Shown piece by piece: positions 27,101 to 40,100 of a DNA stretch of 64,000 nucleotides (position 1 is the first letter of the stretch; each line of letters begins with the position of its first letter). Both the position numbers and the translations under genes were made by a program. Source of the DNA: Phoronis australis (lineage: Eukaryota > Animalia > Phoronida). Location of the stretch: the NCBI GenBank assembly GCA_002633005.1, contig NMRA01000051.1, positions 296,794-360,793 of the forward strand. The letters are read 5' to 3'. The notes beneath the pieces were generated by a model. The model saw only the letters and a program-made list of their open reading frames with translations. It was not told the DNA's origin and made no database searches.

Positions 27101-29628
27101 TGACCCAAAAGTACTGTCAACCAATTAGTTTTTTTTTGCAAATCGGGCTTGTTTGACTAGGCTAACAATTTCTCAGTCGCTACGCAGCAATGCACAATTG
27201 GCACACTGAGGGGGCCGCCATCTTGAAGAAGAGTGCAACTACAGCCGAGCAAGTGGCGTTTTTTATTCTCAACATGTTCACAAATACAAACAAGCCACAT
27301 TCACTTGGCCTACATGATGTACGTGCAATACCTAACTAAAAAAAACCTAGCTTATCTCTAGATTTTAATATTTCGGGAGTGCAAATTGGCCTGACAGCGG
27401 CCGTACCCTATAACTGTTCAGTGCCGCCTAAAGACTGGACAATGTCTGTAAGTCCAATACTGCAGATCTGGGGACACTTGGCTAACCGGCGTAGTAGAAC
27501 CACTCACATGTCAATTCTTTTTGTTCAACCTAAAACGGGTAACCAGTGACTTGCAATTACGAGCTGTGAGGTGAATTTACAAGGAGTCGAAGTCAGAGAT
27601 GCGGAATTGTTGATGAGTCATTATTATTTGAACAAAGGCAGGCTTTAGAATCGGCTTTGGTGCCTTGGCTGACAATGAATTCATATTCCCCACACTAAGT
27701 TTCTGAAAACCACACCCAGGCATATTTTCTTAACAACATCTAGACTTGGACAGCTGTACATGTATATAATCATGACATTTGCGTCCCCGGCATTGTTTTG
27801 CTAAACACTGCGCAGTACTAAACGAAACGTTTGAAACAATATAGTCTTGTTGATTTGCTCAAGGTTCAGTGCACGTAATATTGAAAACTGATAACGTTGA
27901 ATTGTATAACTAAACGGTGACCGCACCCTAATAAAAAGTTACCATAACAAACAACATGCCTGAAACTTTCGTCGAAGATTTGTTGCAATCACAACAATGT
28001 ACATGCTGTACTTGGGCTCACTCAAAAAACTGTATGACAAATGTCAGTTTACTTACAAATTAGTTGTCGAACCACGCAGGAATTAATTTTTTATTCTGAG
28101 ACCGAGTAGAGAGAGATTAAGGGCTTAGATCTTTGTAAACTATGCGACACTGTTTTCGTCCAGCTGTAGAGTACAGCCCAACAAGGCATTTTTTAAGTTT
28201 GACTCGCCCGTTTTTCATTTGGTTCCGGAACTTTATCGTGTATCGGCAACAAAGCCAAGTATGTTACTTCTCTCGGCTGTCTGTTCTTTATAAAGATTTT
28301 TGTTTGTTCGCACGCTGCAGTTCGCCTTTGTCGTCTGATTGAAATGAGCTTTATAAAAGACCTGCATCTTTTGAAAACCCAAAGCCTTAATTTTTGTTAC
28401 AGTTGGATCCAGGATAGCAGAATTAACTGCCATTTTGTTTTAAAATGACCCTCGAACGCTTATAAAACCAGCATTTTTCATTGTGCTGCACTTAAAATTA
28501 GCACGCCGTATGCATGCACATTTGTAACAGCATGATAGATATGGGCACTTTTTGTAAAGGCACTGCAGTTTTTCCCAAAGCACATTTTCGTCAACAAATA
28601 TCGCAATTTGCAGGAAATGACTTCCAGTTTGGATTATATATGCTTACGTCACCGTGTGCACATTTGTTGCGTTTTACACGAATTAACTTTACTAAAAGGG
28701 CGCTATGACTTCCATTGTGTTGTTTTCTCTTGGGACTGAACAAACACTACGAATTTTGTTTAATACATTCTCTAACAAGTGCTCTTCTAATTGAGCAGAA
28801 ACATTTTCAAACATTCCGGAAATGCTTAGTGCAAACTCCCGCGAATGTCTCGGGGTCGCAAGCTCTAAAGATAGAATACATATGTCACGTGCGGTAGTTC
28901 GCATGCCAGCAGAGCTAGAGTTCTATGCTGTTACTAACTAATTCATGCTCTCAATTAGGGCCTAATCAATGATATCGACCTGGTTACCAATAACGTGTAC
29001 CGGTTTTGTTTACCATTGTAAATGGTCATCATAAGATGATCCATAAAATCAATAAAGTTTATTTATGTCCAGCATAGAATAGACCCATAAAGTTGACCCA
29101 ACAATGGTCATGAGAAAACGTAGTCTCGGGCAGTTAACACGAAATGTCTAGGTCTCTTCAATTACCGCAGATAAATGTACGACAAGCAGTCGATCTTGCC
29201 ACCGATAGTAGAACCTTTGTAATCTACATTTTCTTATTTCCGTAATGGGTGTGCTGAGTTGAGTTCCGTACTCATGGTAGTAGACGCACGAATCTAACCA
29301 GTAAAGCCAGTGTGATCACATGCTTGCTTGTAATGAATGGCACGGAAACTTGTTCTTACGTTTTGGCACAGGGTGTATTGCATATACGGAACGGGCAGTC
29401 GTTTGCAAATAGCGCAGACACGCGTGCCCGTATTTGTTTACACCCATTTCAAAGTAAATTAATCAATGGCACACTGATTGAATGTCTGAGGAAAACCGAT
29501 AATGCGTCGATAAATTCACTGTGCATTTTTAAGAGGTGTCCCATACAATCATGCACAACAATAATATAATTACAATAGGATATGATCGAGTTTGCCGGAT
29601 TATTAACAGGTGTAGGGGCACATGCGTG

Positions 29629-29636
29629 TATAAGAA
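29629..29636 (+). promoter_or_regulatory. Candidate TATA-like box for the lectin-sushi gene
   Basis: TATAAGAA about 120 nt upstream of the proposed ATG. Positional evidence only. Confidence 0.3.
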
Positions 29637-29749
29637 CGGTTTGTAAACGTTGGTCATGAACAAAAAGCATTTGCAGCGATGTTTCTGTAACCAAAGTGAA
29701 TGGTCGTAACGGTAGATACTATATACTCCAATGACAAAAATAATTCTGA

Positions 29750-29807
29750 ATGGCTTTCTCAAAGGAATTGGGAGTAATCTTTATGATACCGTTGTTCTTT
29801 ATACAAG
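29750..29807 (+). CDS. Lectin-sushi gene exon 1: signal peptide
   Basis: MAFSKELGVIFMIPLFFIQ then g|gtaagt. Phase 1 matches the next exon. Confidence 0.7.
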
Positions 29808-32800
29808 GTAAGTACTAACACAATTATAACTGCTTGTCAAGTTATTGTGTCTCTAACATAGTTTTTGCCTTTGTTGTCACGAATAGGTCAAACGAAATAA
29901 CTCCATACTGCCTGGGTAGAGTTTCGTAGATACAAGGATCTCTCTAAGGAAGCTACATGTACATGTACTGTAATCATGTGCTTCGCTTGCAATACGTGGC
30001 AATACCTCGCGAAATTTTGCGTTTTTGTGGGATTCTCGCCTCTACGGAACGCAAGCCTTGTCTGTGATGTGTTTTGAACATGGATGTAGTAACGCGGTAT
30101 TTAATTGTCTACATTTTAAAAAACAAAAGTCACGTGAACTGTGCCGGGACTCTTTTTCTTAAATCAGGCATATTCAGATTTCAAAGTGAATCGGGACCGG
30201 ACAAAAACAATTATGTAAATGAAGTAAAATGCAAGTGTCGAACATGGATTCAAAATACACGGTACACGAGCATTTTTGCTTACAATCAATTATCGAGGAT
30301 GCAGTACAAAAATACGAGTAGGTTTGATGGGCAAAATTTGTTAGTGCGTCCGAAAAATGATTTTAGCGCTCAAATCCGCACAGTGTAGGTTGATAAACTT
30401 GTAATTATAAATTGTTCGTTCGTACTTTTGGACAACACACTCGCAAGTGCACGTTTGTGAACTCGCATTACTGATTGTATACGTCAATATTTGGGTGCCA
30501 TGAAATTCATAAAAAGACGGGTAAAAGGCTAATAAAACTACATGTAGACGTTTTAAGCGTTCCGCTCTTGGACAACGGTTGTAGATAAAATACCAAAAGA
30601 CAAGGGACAGAGGTAAAGGCTAAGCATAACAACACGTATAGTGAAGTCCAAATGGAATTGCGTGAAAAGAGAAAACGTGACAATGGAAAACGGTGAACTA
30701 GGAGATCGTTCACAAATATCGCTGTTTTTGCGAGTGTACAAAACGTATACCTTAGGGAAGAAGAGGACCAGACTTGGTGTAAGGGCACGCTTTTGATGTC
30801 CAAAACGTGGCGATGCAGAAAAAATAAGACTCAAAATTTTACATGAATTGATAATTTTCGCATCTTTAAAAGTTGAGCAAACAGCTGACAGCTTTTAAGC
30901 TTTTAAATTATGGTGGCCACCTGCCTTCCCTCATAAAACTGTTTGGGATTTAAACCACTATAAAAATGTTCTCAAATTGTTGCTCAGTTAGGTTAAAGAT
31001 AGTTTCAGATCTTTAAAAGGATTGACGTTCGACCAATGTCTATGGGTTTGCCTGTTATGACGTGTCATTTTATGCGCCGAGCATGGTCTCAAGGAAGGAG
31101 TAACACTGAGGTCGGTGCAAACCCAGAAATCACTTCTCATCTGAATAAGGACACAGTGCGACCATTCTAGTATCGACACATAGTCTAAGTCAAATTTTAG
31201 TCTTGCTGATACATGTATGCGGCCGTTAGTGATTCTTTGACGTGAACATCCGGGGATTTCTATACTTCCGAAGTTCAGTGGGAAAAATGCGTACATGTAC
31301 GTTTTGTGCACTCGGGAAAACGGTGATAACTGTGAATGGTTCCTGACGCTTGCATCGAATATGCATGAAAAGACTAATATAACCATCTTAACAACAAAAC
31401 CGGAAACCTTGGTAGAGGAACCTGTCGCTAAGGATGTTAGTATTATCTTATTGCCAAATTAAAATAATCAAAAATGCCACATAACTGCGTGTACACTCCC
31501 ACCTATTGAGGATTTGCTATCTGGACCTGCAGATGTTAGAACGTAGCTTAAAGATGAATGCTCCAGAATAGGCAAAGCAGGTCTACTATTTTGAACGAAG
31601 GTTTATTTAAGTAGTACATATACACTGCATTCAGTTTGAACTTCACCACAATCAACGAGATGCTCAGAGCTTGGGGATCGGAACCACTTATCAGGTTCTG
31701 GTTTTATCTATGACATGGCGTTATATTTAGATAAGTTGCAAAACGTGTTTTGCGCGTATTTTAGAACACAAAGGAGGATACGCATGGCAATACAATCTGT
31801 GAAGATAAGCTGGTCTGGTTCGGTTAGACAAGGCGTTGTAATATTTTTTCCATCGGAATTCTTTGGTTAACAAGTGCGCTATTTATTAGAGTCAAGATGT
31901 ACGCATTCGTTGTATTTTCACGCTCCAGAAGCTCAGAAGCAGTCAAAGAATCTCTTTTGTTTCACTTGAATAGCATAGCCTGTTTTACATCCGAAGGTTG
32001 TCTCGAACAACATACCCATGTGACTAATGATTCGATAGGCAAACTAGAAAGCGTTTGAGTCAGAAAATTGTTCTGATAAGACGTGCCTGTACTATGGTTG
32101 GCAAATTCGTAGGGCGATCGATTCCACTCCTTAACAAAATCAGGAATGCCTTCAATCAAATTAGCAATAGGCGTGCGTGCTCAACGCCCGTGGCTACTTT
32201 CAAAAGTGAGTTAGGCGTGATACACCACTAAGAGCGATGATTTTCAGGTCCACACTCACTATTAAAGGGTCAATTTTACGATTTTTTCAAATTGCGGGTA
32301 CTTACTGACAAAAAACATGAATTTATCACGCATTATTGACATCATAAGCAATATCAAGGTATCATTGATAACAGGACTTCATTTATGGTGCTTCCTTTAC
32401 TCGTTATCCGATAACTGAGATTTTCGAGGGGTTTTCCTGGTCCGAGGTTTTCAGACAATTGCCACAGCTGCAGTTTTTCTTGAGTGTGCTTTTACAGACA
32501 TATTTATAAAACGGTCCCAATAAGGACATGCCATTGAAATGAAATATTTTATGTTTTTCTTCACATCCACCTAAAGTAGTAAATAAGTAAATTAGAAATA
32601 CCACAGAACTCTGTCAAACTTAATTAAACGTCTTGACAGAAATGTTTGACAATTAAGTCGAACTTTACTCACAGGGAAATTGCGGTTTTGTTGAACTTTT
32701 GTTGGAGTTTGACGTGCACTGTTGCTAATTGTTTTTTATGATTAAAGGACACACTGCGAGATTTCGGCAACGTACGTGGAGCAACACCTGTCGATATTTT

Positions 32801-33188
32801 GTCAAGATTTAGCCAGCTTAGAAACGGATTAACATTAAGTCACTTTTTTGTGCTGAAATCGTACAGTTTATTATGAACACCACTGTGTGAGTGACATTTT
32901 CTCATCTCCTTTTCATAGACCGTTCACTTCTGACTCTTTCACTTTAATTGGAAGCTTTCAATCCAGTTTTTGTTTACCAGTTTTGAGCGAAATCATTTCG
33001 AGGACACATTGTTTGTGGGTTCTTGGTGATATGACTCGCGGTCTCACTGGTCTCGTCACCTCGTAGTGTCAAACCTACAACCATGTTTTGACTCTGGTTT
33101 AATTCTTGACGACAAATCCGTTTGGTCACACGTTTCATCGGACTGAGTTACGGTCTGATTTGAAACTCAAATAACGCCAGCTTCGATC

Positions 33189-33700
33189 CCAAGCCTCAAG
33201 ATGGCGTTGATCGGTTTAGCCATTTGAGGCTTGGTTAATTACCTTCTGTGCAATGATTGGCCGCTGCCTTGTCGTCATTAAAACAAAGGGAAATTTTGGT
33301 TATTTTTACAGGCGTTGTTGCTGTCATTTATGAAGCAGAATGCATTGTTTTAGTTATTGTTTGAAATAAAGGTTGTTTGCGTTTTTATTTTCAATTCTTT
33401 TTTATTAGCATTACCAAAAATTTAATCTGTTTGCGAATAAAAAAAAAACACTTCTGCAATAACTTAGACCTTAATTGCTGCATTTCGAATAAAAAATATT
33501 TTTGCAATAATTTAGACTTTAATTGCTGCAATAAATCGTTAGTTTTCATTTTAATATAAAGTTGCAGAAATTTTCAAAACCATGTTACTTTTGATATTCG
33601 GCAATTTCCGTAAAAATTTGTCGGAATCATGTGACACATTTCATTCCCATAATCATTAGCCTCAAATGGCTAAACCGATCAGCGTCATCGTGAGGCTTGG
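33189..33700. mobile_element. MITE with about 43-bp TIRs and an AT-rich interior
   Basis: CCAAGCCTCAAGATGGCGTTGATCGGTTTAGCCATTTGAGGCT has a near reverse complement at about 33658-33700. Confidence 0.7.
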
Positions 33701-34895
33701 AGACGAGGCTGAAGTAGTAACTCCATTTGAGGCCAAAAGCGCACACAGCTTTAATTACACTGGTTGATTTCATCATTGACTGATTAATCAACGAACCAGA
33801 TATCAATGAAAGATGTACACTATATTAGACTGGGAGCGATTCTTTATATGTATCTCGTTATCAGTATTGCGGGCGACAGTGCTCTCATGGTCAATGATGT
33901 TAAGATCAATATGTTTAGCTGCTGTATCTTCGGCACCACCGCCAACTTGCTGGAGTACGTTGGCAACCCAAGGCTCTAAGTCTTGATAGAGGGCATGACA
34001 ACAGTAGCATCGTTCAACAAATCTGACGGGACATGTGATGGATTGACAGCATTGTTATTTCGGTCTAAGCTAAGACTAAAACAGTTTCATGAAACGGAAC
34101 CATGCTATCTTCAGAGCACTTTGGCAAGGAAATGTGCAATGGAAATTCAAATTCTAGAAAGTGGCCGTCAGCATTGTTGAAGCAGAGTGGTCGAGCTTTT
34201 TATAAATATCCATGCACTGTTAAGAATAAGGGGCTCAATCCCAATTGTGAGCTGCAAATTCAAAGATCGCATATTCCTTATAGAAAAGACGGTGACTTAG
34301 ACGAAGTGTTCATGTTGTTTTCCCGTAAGAAATCGAGAAAATTAGAATTGGAAAGTGTTGTGTGGGAGAAAAATTACCCCCCCCTTCTCCCTCNACTCCC
34401 CCCTTCCCCCATGCCTCTCCCTCTCCCTCTTTCTCTCTCTTTCTCTCTCACCTGCGTTGAATGGAATGCATAAGGTCATTATGATAGCAGCTGATGAAAG
34501 TAGCACGTATGCGACCTATGATATGACTTAAAGTAACTGCATTTATTTCATTACTAATATTAGAGAAGTTTGTCGGAAATTTGTTCTATTAAATCTGGCG
34601 CTCAATTTGACACACACCCTTTTGAAATTTTACCCACTCCCCTAGATAAGCTGGTTGCGCACAAGGCTTCGAACACTTTTAGATTTGTTTTAAAAATGTA
34701 AAATAGCACTCATAATTCTTCTAGCTGCCAAGCGGAGATATACAATTTTGTTCTATTTTTAATAAAGTCTGATATGGCGCTATATGGCCTTTGAAGTAAA
34801 CGTAAGCACACATGTACGTGTACGTACAGTGTATACCGAGTTACAAACATTTGGAATTTTAAGATGCCATTTTGTTCATCTCATTTCTTGTTTAG

Positions 34896-35058
34896 GTGCA
34901 TCAAGCTGCGGTGGGTCATGGAAAGCGATTGGACAAAACTGCTACTTGGTAGTTGAAACACCACAAAATTTTAAAAAAGCCGAACAAGAGTGCACAAAAA
35001 GCTCGGCAAACTTATGGTACTTCACAAACAGCGATTTCACCGAAGTGTTGCCTCATTT
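34896..35058 (+). CDS. Lectin-sushi gene: CTLD exon 1
   Basis: tttag acceptor, gtaagt donor, phase 1-2. CGGSWKAIGQNCYLVVETPQNFKKAEQECTKSSANLWYF is a long-form CTLD start. Confidence 0.92.
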
Positions 35059-36605
35059 GTAAGTATTGAATATGGATCATCCGACACCGGACTTGTGTCT
35101 CATCACTGAGGCTTCCCCTCCGTTGAAGCAAGAGACTAGCGAAAACAAAGATCACGCAAATCTTCGCAAGATATCGCAATAAATTACCCCAATCGTTCCC
35201 CGCTGCGTATACTATACTATGGGGTATAGAACACGCAGGTATCATTACTTTTAGTTCTCCTCGAGAATTTTTTTACACCGACGTTTCTAATTGGCTGATC
35301 GAATTTTTAACAGCTGTCGTTTCACTCAAACAAACTGGCATGACTGATGGAGAAAGTGTAAACGTGGAAATAGTATGTGGTCTTTTGTACGACAAATCGA
35401 TGCTAATATTCAAGAAATATGAATCGGAAAGTTGTGGTTGTGCCTTTTCGGAGCGCCACTGTTGCTGATTTTTGTTTGCGTTACAGTCCTAAATGAGCTA
35501 TATATTTCTCACATTGGCTGCCGGTTGTATTCAAACAGTTTGAATGACACACCGGTTTAATCGGCCACATGGGTGGTCATGCACGCGGCTTACTGTAGAA
35601 ACGAAATATTTGCTATCACGCCACTTGCATGACAATGCTAAAAATCGTTCACAGTCCGCTATGTCCGTTCTTTGTTGTAAAGCTAACCAGTGACTGCCGA
35701 GGATACATCAACCAGTGACGAAACGCGTGCTACTGAACGATACCTGCGCAATCTCCAACCCCTAGCGGACAGGCAGGGAACCAGCGAGAATACATCACAA
35801 ACAAAGCTCGTAATCCCACTTGTTTCCATCGAGAGTCGGAACACGGCCCTGGCAGTAGAGTTGTATGCGGAAACCCAAAAAGCGTTCACGTTTGCCATAT
35901 ATGACATGTATAGATTATTACATGTTCTCAGTCGTTTTCCCCGTATTCTAGAGGCCGAGTGGATTTTCAGTGGAGAATTATCGCCCGAGAGGCGAGTGAT
36001 CAAAAATTTTCCAAACTTTTGTTGAGGTGCTTGCATCATATGTCCACTCAAACAGACAATCCTAGATACGTAAACTAAAATACGACATTTTTTAAGAAAA
36101 ACCCGAGGTTAATCTCTGACGTGAATGGCAAAAAGTGTTAATAACACCGGTGGGTTAATCCGGGGATTAACCCACCGGCAACATTCGTCCAAATTCCTTT
36201 CGCCAGTTCAACCAAGTTCACGTCACAGTGTGCGACTTGACATGGAAGTTGCAACAACTCTCGCTCGACGGTTCAACGTGTGTCCACACTAAGCGACGAG
36301 TCGTTGAACGGCGGTTGTGTTGCAGAAGAAATTGACAAGTGTTAACATATTTTAATGAAACGGGATCGAAACTTTCCATCAATTTGCCAATGCGTAGAGC
36401 ATCTCACTTCACAGCTTACACTTTCTGCTAATGATATTCAGGATTTATCATGTAACATGAAGCTGGGACTGGTGTTTGGAGGAAGGGGCCCAACATGTGG
36501 ATGAACAGAAACATGAAGGACTAGTCTAACACGGACCAAATGTAGGAAAAAAGAGCGAGCAAGGGGAAGAATGGGTTTTCAGATAAGAGGGGGGGGGGAG
36601 GGGGG

Positions 36606-36623
36606 NNNNNNNNNNNNNNNNNN
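36606..36623. other. Assembly gap next to a poly-G run
   Basis: Run of N. Confidence 1.
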
Positions 36624-37262
36624 GTGGGACACAGTGCAAAGGACGGGCGAGCAATGCAAGGGACGGGTTCGGGTATGAAATAATTTTTCTCATTTTGTCA
36701 CATCAAATGGCGAATTTGAATATCCTAGTTATGTTGCATGTCATACGCTAAATTTGTATTCGTCATGCATTGAACTACAGCTGACCTCAGGCTCTATCGG
36801 CCCTATTTGAAGTTCGTTCTCCTGAGGGGAGGACAGACCCAAAAATGCGGAGCACAGACGAGAAACGGGATGAACTACGGACGGAGTTTGAAATCCATGC
36901 CAATACACCCCAAGTAGACATCGTTAGCCATACTACAAGTATTGAATGAGTTCGAAACATGTTTTCAATACATCAATTTTATTCTATTGTTTACATGAAA
37001 CTGGATTTTCTAGTTATTCGTGCGGGTGTGCATCCACTCGAAAAGGTTTGTATTTGAAAACGAAATTTTCTTAAAGGATGCGGATTCTGTTCACACATAA
37101 ACCCACTTATTGATGATATAGATGCAAACTTTAGATTTGAAGTTTTTGTAGAAAGCTTAATACAACTTACTAAAATTATGATGAATTAGGTCAGTGTTTT
37201 GACACTTCAAAAATTTTTTGTCTGTCCCCTGCTTTACTTCGATTATGTTGTTTTATTTTAAG

Positions 37263-37519
37263 GGGAACATTCAAGGCGTACTATACTGGCTTAGGTATCA
37301 CTCCGCCTTTCAACAATCAAAAAACTCCAACATATTTCACCAAGGGAACCGAAGTATCCAATCCCTCAACAGGTGATGTTGTAGGGGTGAGGATCGAAAC
37401 AGCAGGAATCGTCGACGGAAGGGCTTTGGGCGTAATAAGCTACGGAAATGGCATTTTTGTATATTCAGCACAAGACGCCAGCCACAGTAAACCTTATGTT
37501 TGCAAGAAAGGCAGTCTCG
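37263..37519 (+). CDS. Lectin-sushi gene: CTLD exon 2 (absent from the ORF track)
   Basis: 257 nt, phase 2-1, open throughout: GTFKAYYTGLGITPPFNNQ...ALGVISYGNGIFVYSAQDASHSKPYVCKKGSL. YYTGL corresponds to the WIGL motif and PYVCK to the terminal Cys motif. Confidence 0.88.
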
Positions 37520-37747
37520 GTGAGCCTTAGTCATGTGATGGTGACGCAGTGAAAGTAATATTACGCTATCTATTTAATGTTAAACTGTTAATCATTTAAG
37601 AACAAGCACACAGGAAGGTCAGGCTAAGTGGCAATACCACAAACTGCAATTTTGAAAGTATTAAAACCCAAAACGTATTTAGATAGACGAATGAAACACT
37701 CCATACCCTTTACTGTTGTCACGTGATGTATGACACATTTCTTCCAG

Positions 37748-37933
37748 CTTCCTGCACAGTTTCCTCTGTGACGCATGCTTCAGCATCTGAGAGTGAAGGG
37801 AGCAGCATAGACGAAGGAAGTAAAGTGACGTACACTTGTGACACGGGGAAAATGTTTGACGACAAGAGTACGTCAGTTGAGGCCACTTGTTTGGGTTCTG
37901 GTCAGCTAGATTTGACTAAAACAACTTGCGTTG
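37748..37933 (+). CDS. Sushi/CCP domain 1
   Basis: 186 nt, phase 1-1. SCTV...VTYTCDTGKMFDD...ATCLGSGQLDLTKTTCV. Confidence 0.92.
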
Positions 37934-39604
37934 GTGAGTAATTCCTTACACACCGTAAAGGTCTGTACAAGTTTATGAAGCATTCAAAAAAGCAGGAAGA
38001 CGCTCCCTGGTACCAAGGACCAGTCATTGTTATTTCCATTCTCAGAAACTTTTATATGAGTGAAACACGGCTGGAAACTTTTATAACGGGGGAACTCGAA
38101 ATACACGAGATGTCTGAAGTGAAGCCAGGCTGCCTACATCCATTCTTGCGTTCCGTAGACCGCAAGACACGAGGTTGCAGTTGCAACGCAAACAGAAACT
38201 TCAACACCAAACCCACCGACCAATCACTTCAGTGGCTGCCATTTTGCTAGTCAAGGCTTTTCATTCTCTTGATTCTGCAGGGTCTAGCGAGGTCTAGATT
38301 TTGTGGCAAAACTAGGTCTGCGGAATTGCTTTCTGCTATCAATGTATTCATTAACACCAATGTGGATTGGCACAATGTCAAACATTTTCAGGGTAATTGC
38401 CTAGAATGAGAAAGAAAGAAAAAAAGTAATAGACACTTAAACGGGTCTTGCATTTTGAGAACTAGTTTTCTCAACTGAATAACTGGTGTCAAACTGATTC
38501 TCAAAATGGGGGACTCTTGTAAGTGGCTGTTGCCTGCTGTTTATTAAGGGAACACCCATAATTATTAATAATTATAGACATTCCCTGAGTAAACTGTTTG
38601 ACAATAATTACACGCTCTACTACATTGGCACGTTTGACAAACGTCTTGGGCAAGTTGTTAGAGGTCTACCACCGGGAACCCGCTCTTCGAAACACTATAA
38701 AAACACGTTTCAGTTGAATAGTATGGCTGAGAAAAGACACATACCATTCATATCAGAGGGTATACTTTTTGCTTCGAAAAGTGTAGTAATCTTGCTTTTT
38801 TATGGAACTCGGAACTATTCATAGTGTGAACCAAACTCTTAAAGTGCTTAAAACACCCACCTGCTTTGTTTTGGCAAGTGACTAAATTGTCAGCATCGTC
38901 AAACCTTCCTTTGAAGCACTGCATTTCACAATCGTGAATTCAATATCTCAAAAAACGAGAAAATCGAAGAAAAGCGGTCTCAATTGAAAATTTCTTAGTT
39001 CCACGGATGTAGTTGTGACGTATGAACTTACAGAGAGTCAGTGTGTCATGTTCACCAACACACGACTTTCTTGTAAAACATGTGTCAAATCCGCGCTTCT
39101 CTAATGTCCCACAGGAATGTGAAAAGAGCAACGATGTCCTGAGCAGTCACAAATACCACAAACGCAACACCTCGCCACTTTTTATTATACCAAAAACCAC
39201 GGCAAAACGATCACCAATATCTGACATCTTTTCACACCAAGCACAATGGAGGGTGACTAATGCTGTAATTGGTTATCCTGATTCTACGTAGTCAGCATCT
39301 GCAAATGAATGCGCGTAACTAGAGACCAACTATTTGACATATATTGCAGGTGTTCTGACTTGACAGCTGATAGACCGGTGGGACTGTTTTTGTTGTTTTG
39401 ATTTGAAATTGGTGGTTTCAAACACGTTAGGAATAGTAAAAAGTATTCTACTAATTGTCAAATGGCAATCTTGGGTGAAACAAGGAAAGCATGGTTTAGT
39501 ATGTGTAATTTTTTTAAACCTTTCTGTTGTCCGTGTTTTTCATCTATTGGTACTCTAATTATCTTATACTGTACAGGAATAATAGTAGAGCAATTTCGCT
39601 GCAG

Positions 39605-39790
39605 ACATAACATGTAGCCTGCAGACCGTCGATCACTCCACAAACAATGCCGGCGCTGCAACAGTTGATTACGACCGAACAGTTCGCTACACGTGCGACA
39701 CTGGCTATTCATTCTCCGACAAAACCACAGTTGCGGATACCAAGTGCACGGGATATAACTCCTGGAGCGCCACTCTTAGCAATTGCATTG
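39605..39790 (+). CDS. Sushi/CCP domain 2
   Basis: 186 nt, phase 1-1. ITCSLQ...VRYTCDTGYSFSD...TKCTGYNSWSATLSNCI. Confidence 0.93.
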
Positions 39791-39936
39791 GTAAGTTCAA
39801 CTAAGGTCAGTTGTTGCCTTGGTTTTTTGAAGACTGCTGCTGGATTTTTACCAATACTTGTATTCGTGCCAACTAAATAAAAAATAATTATCAACACTGG
39901 AAATACTAGTTAAACAAAGTTTATAATAGCCTTACA

Positions 39937-40100
39937 CAGCGGCAGATCCAGGATTTTGATTTAAGGGGGGGGGGGGTTGCTGGGCAGAGTACTAGCGAGG
40001 ATCTTGCCCGTCAGACATTTGCACCCCCGGACTGCCAAATGGAATCTGGGTGAATTTTAGGCGGGGCATGTCCCCCTTGAACCCCCTAAATCCGCCACCG
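39937..40100. mobile_element. GC-rich-ended MITE, intronic copy
   Basis: TTACA|CAGCGGCAGATCCAGG...CCTAAATCCGCCACCG|TTACA. Homologous to 13866-14014. Confidence 0.7.

Noticed and set aside
35683-36051. Overlapping 111-aa and 122-aa ORFs in the CTLD intron as a nested gene
   Set aside because: No recognisable domain or consistent splice structure. Nearby short palindromes suggest a decayed DNA transposon.
36781-36915. Alternative CTLD exon after the acceptor-like ctacag at 36780
   Set aside because: No lectin motifs, and exon 37263-37519 already completes the domain in the right phase.
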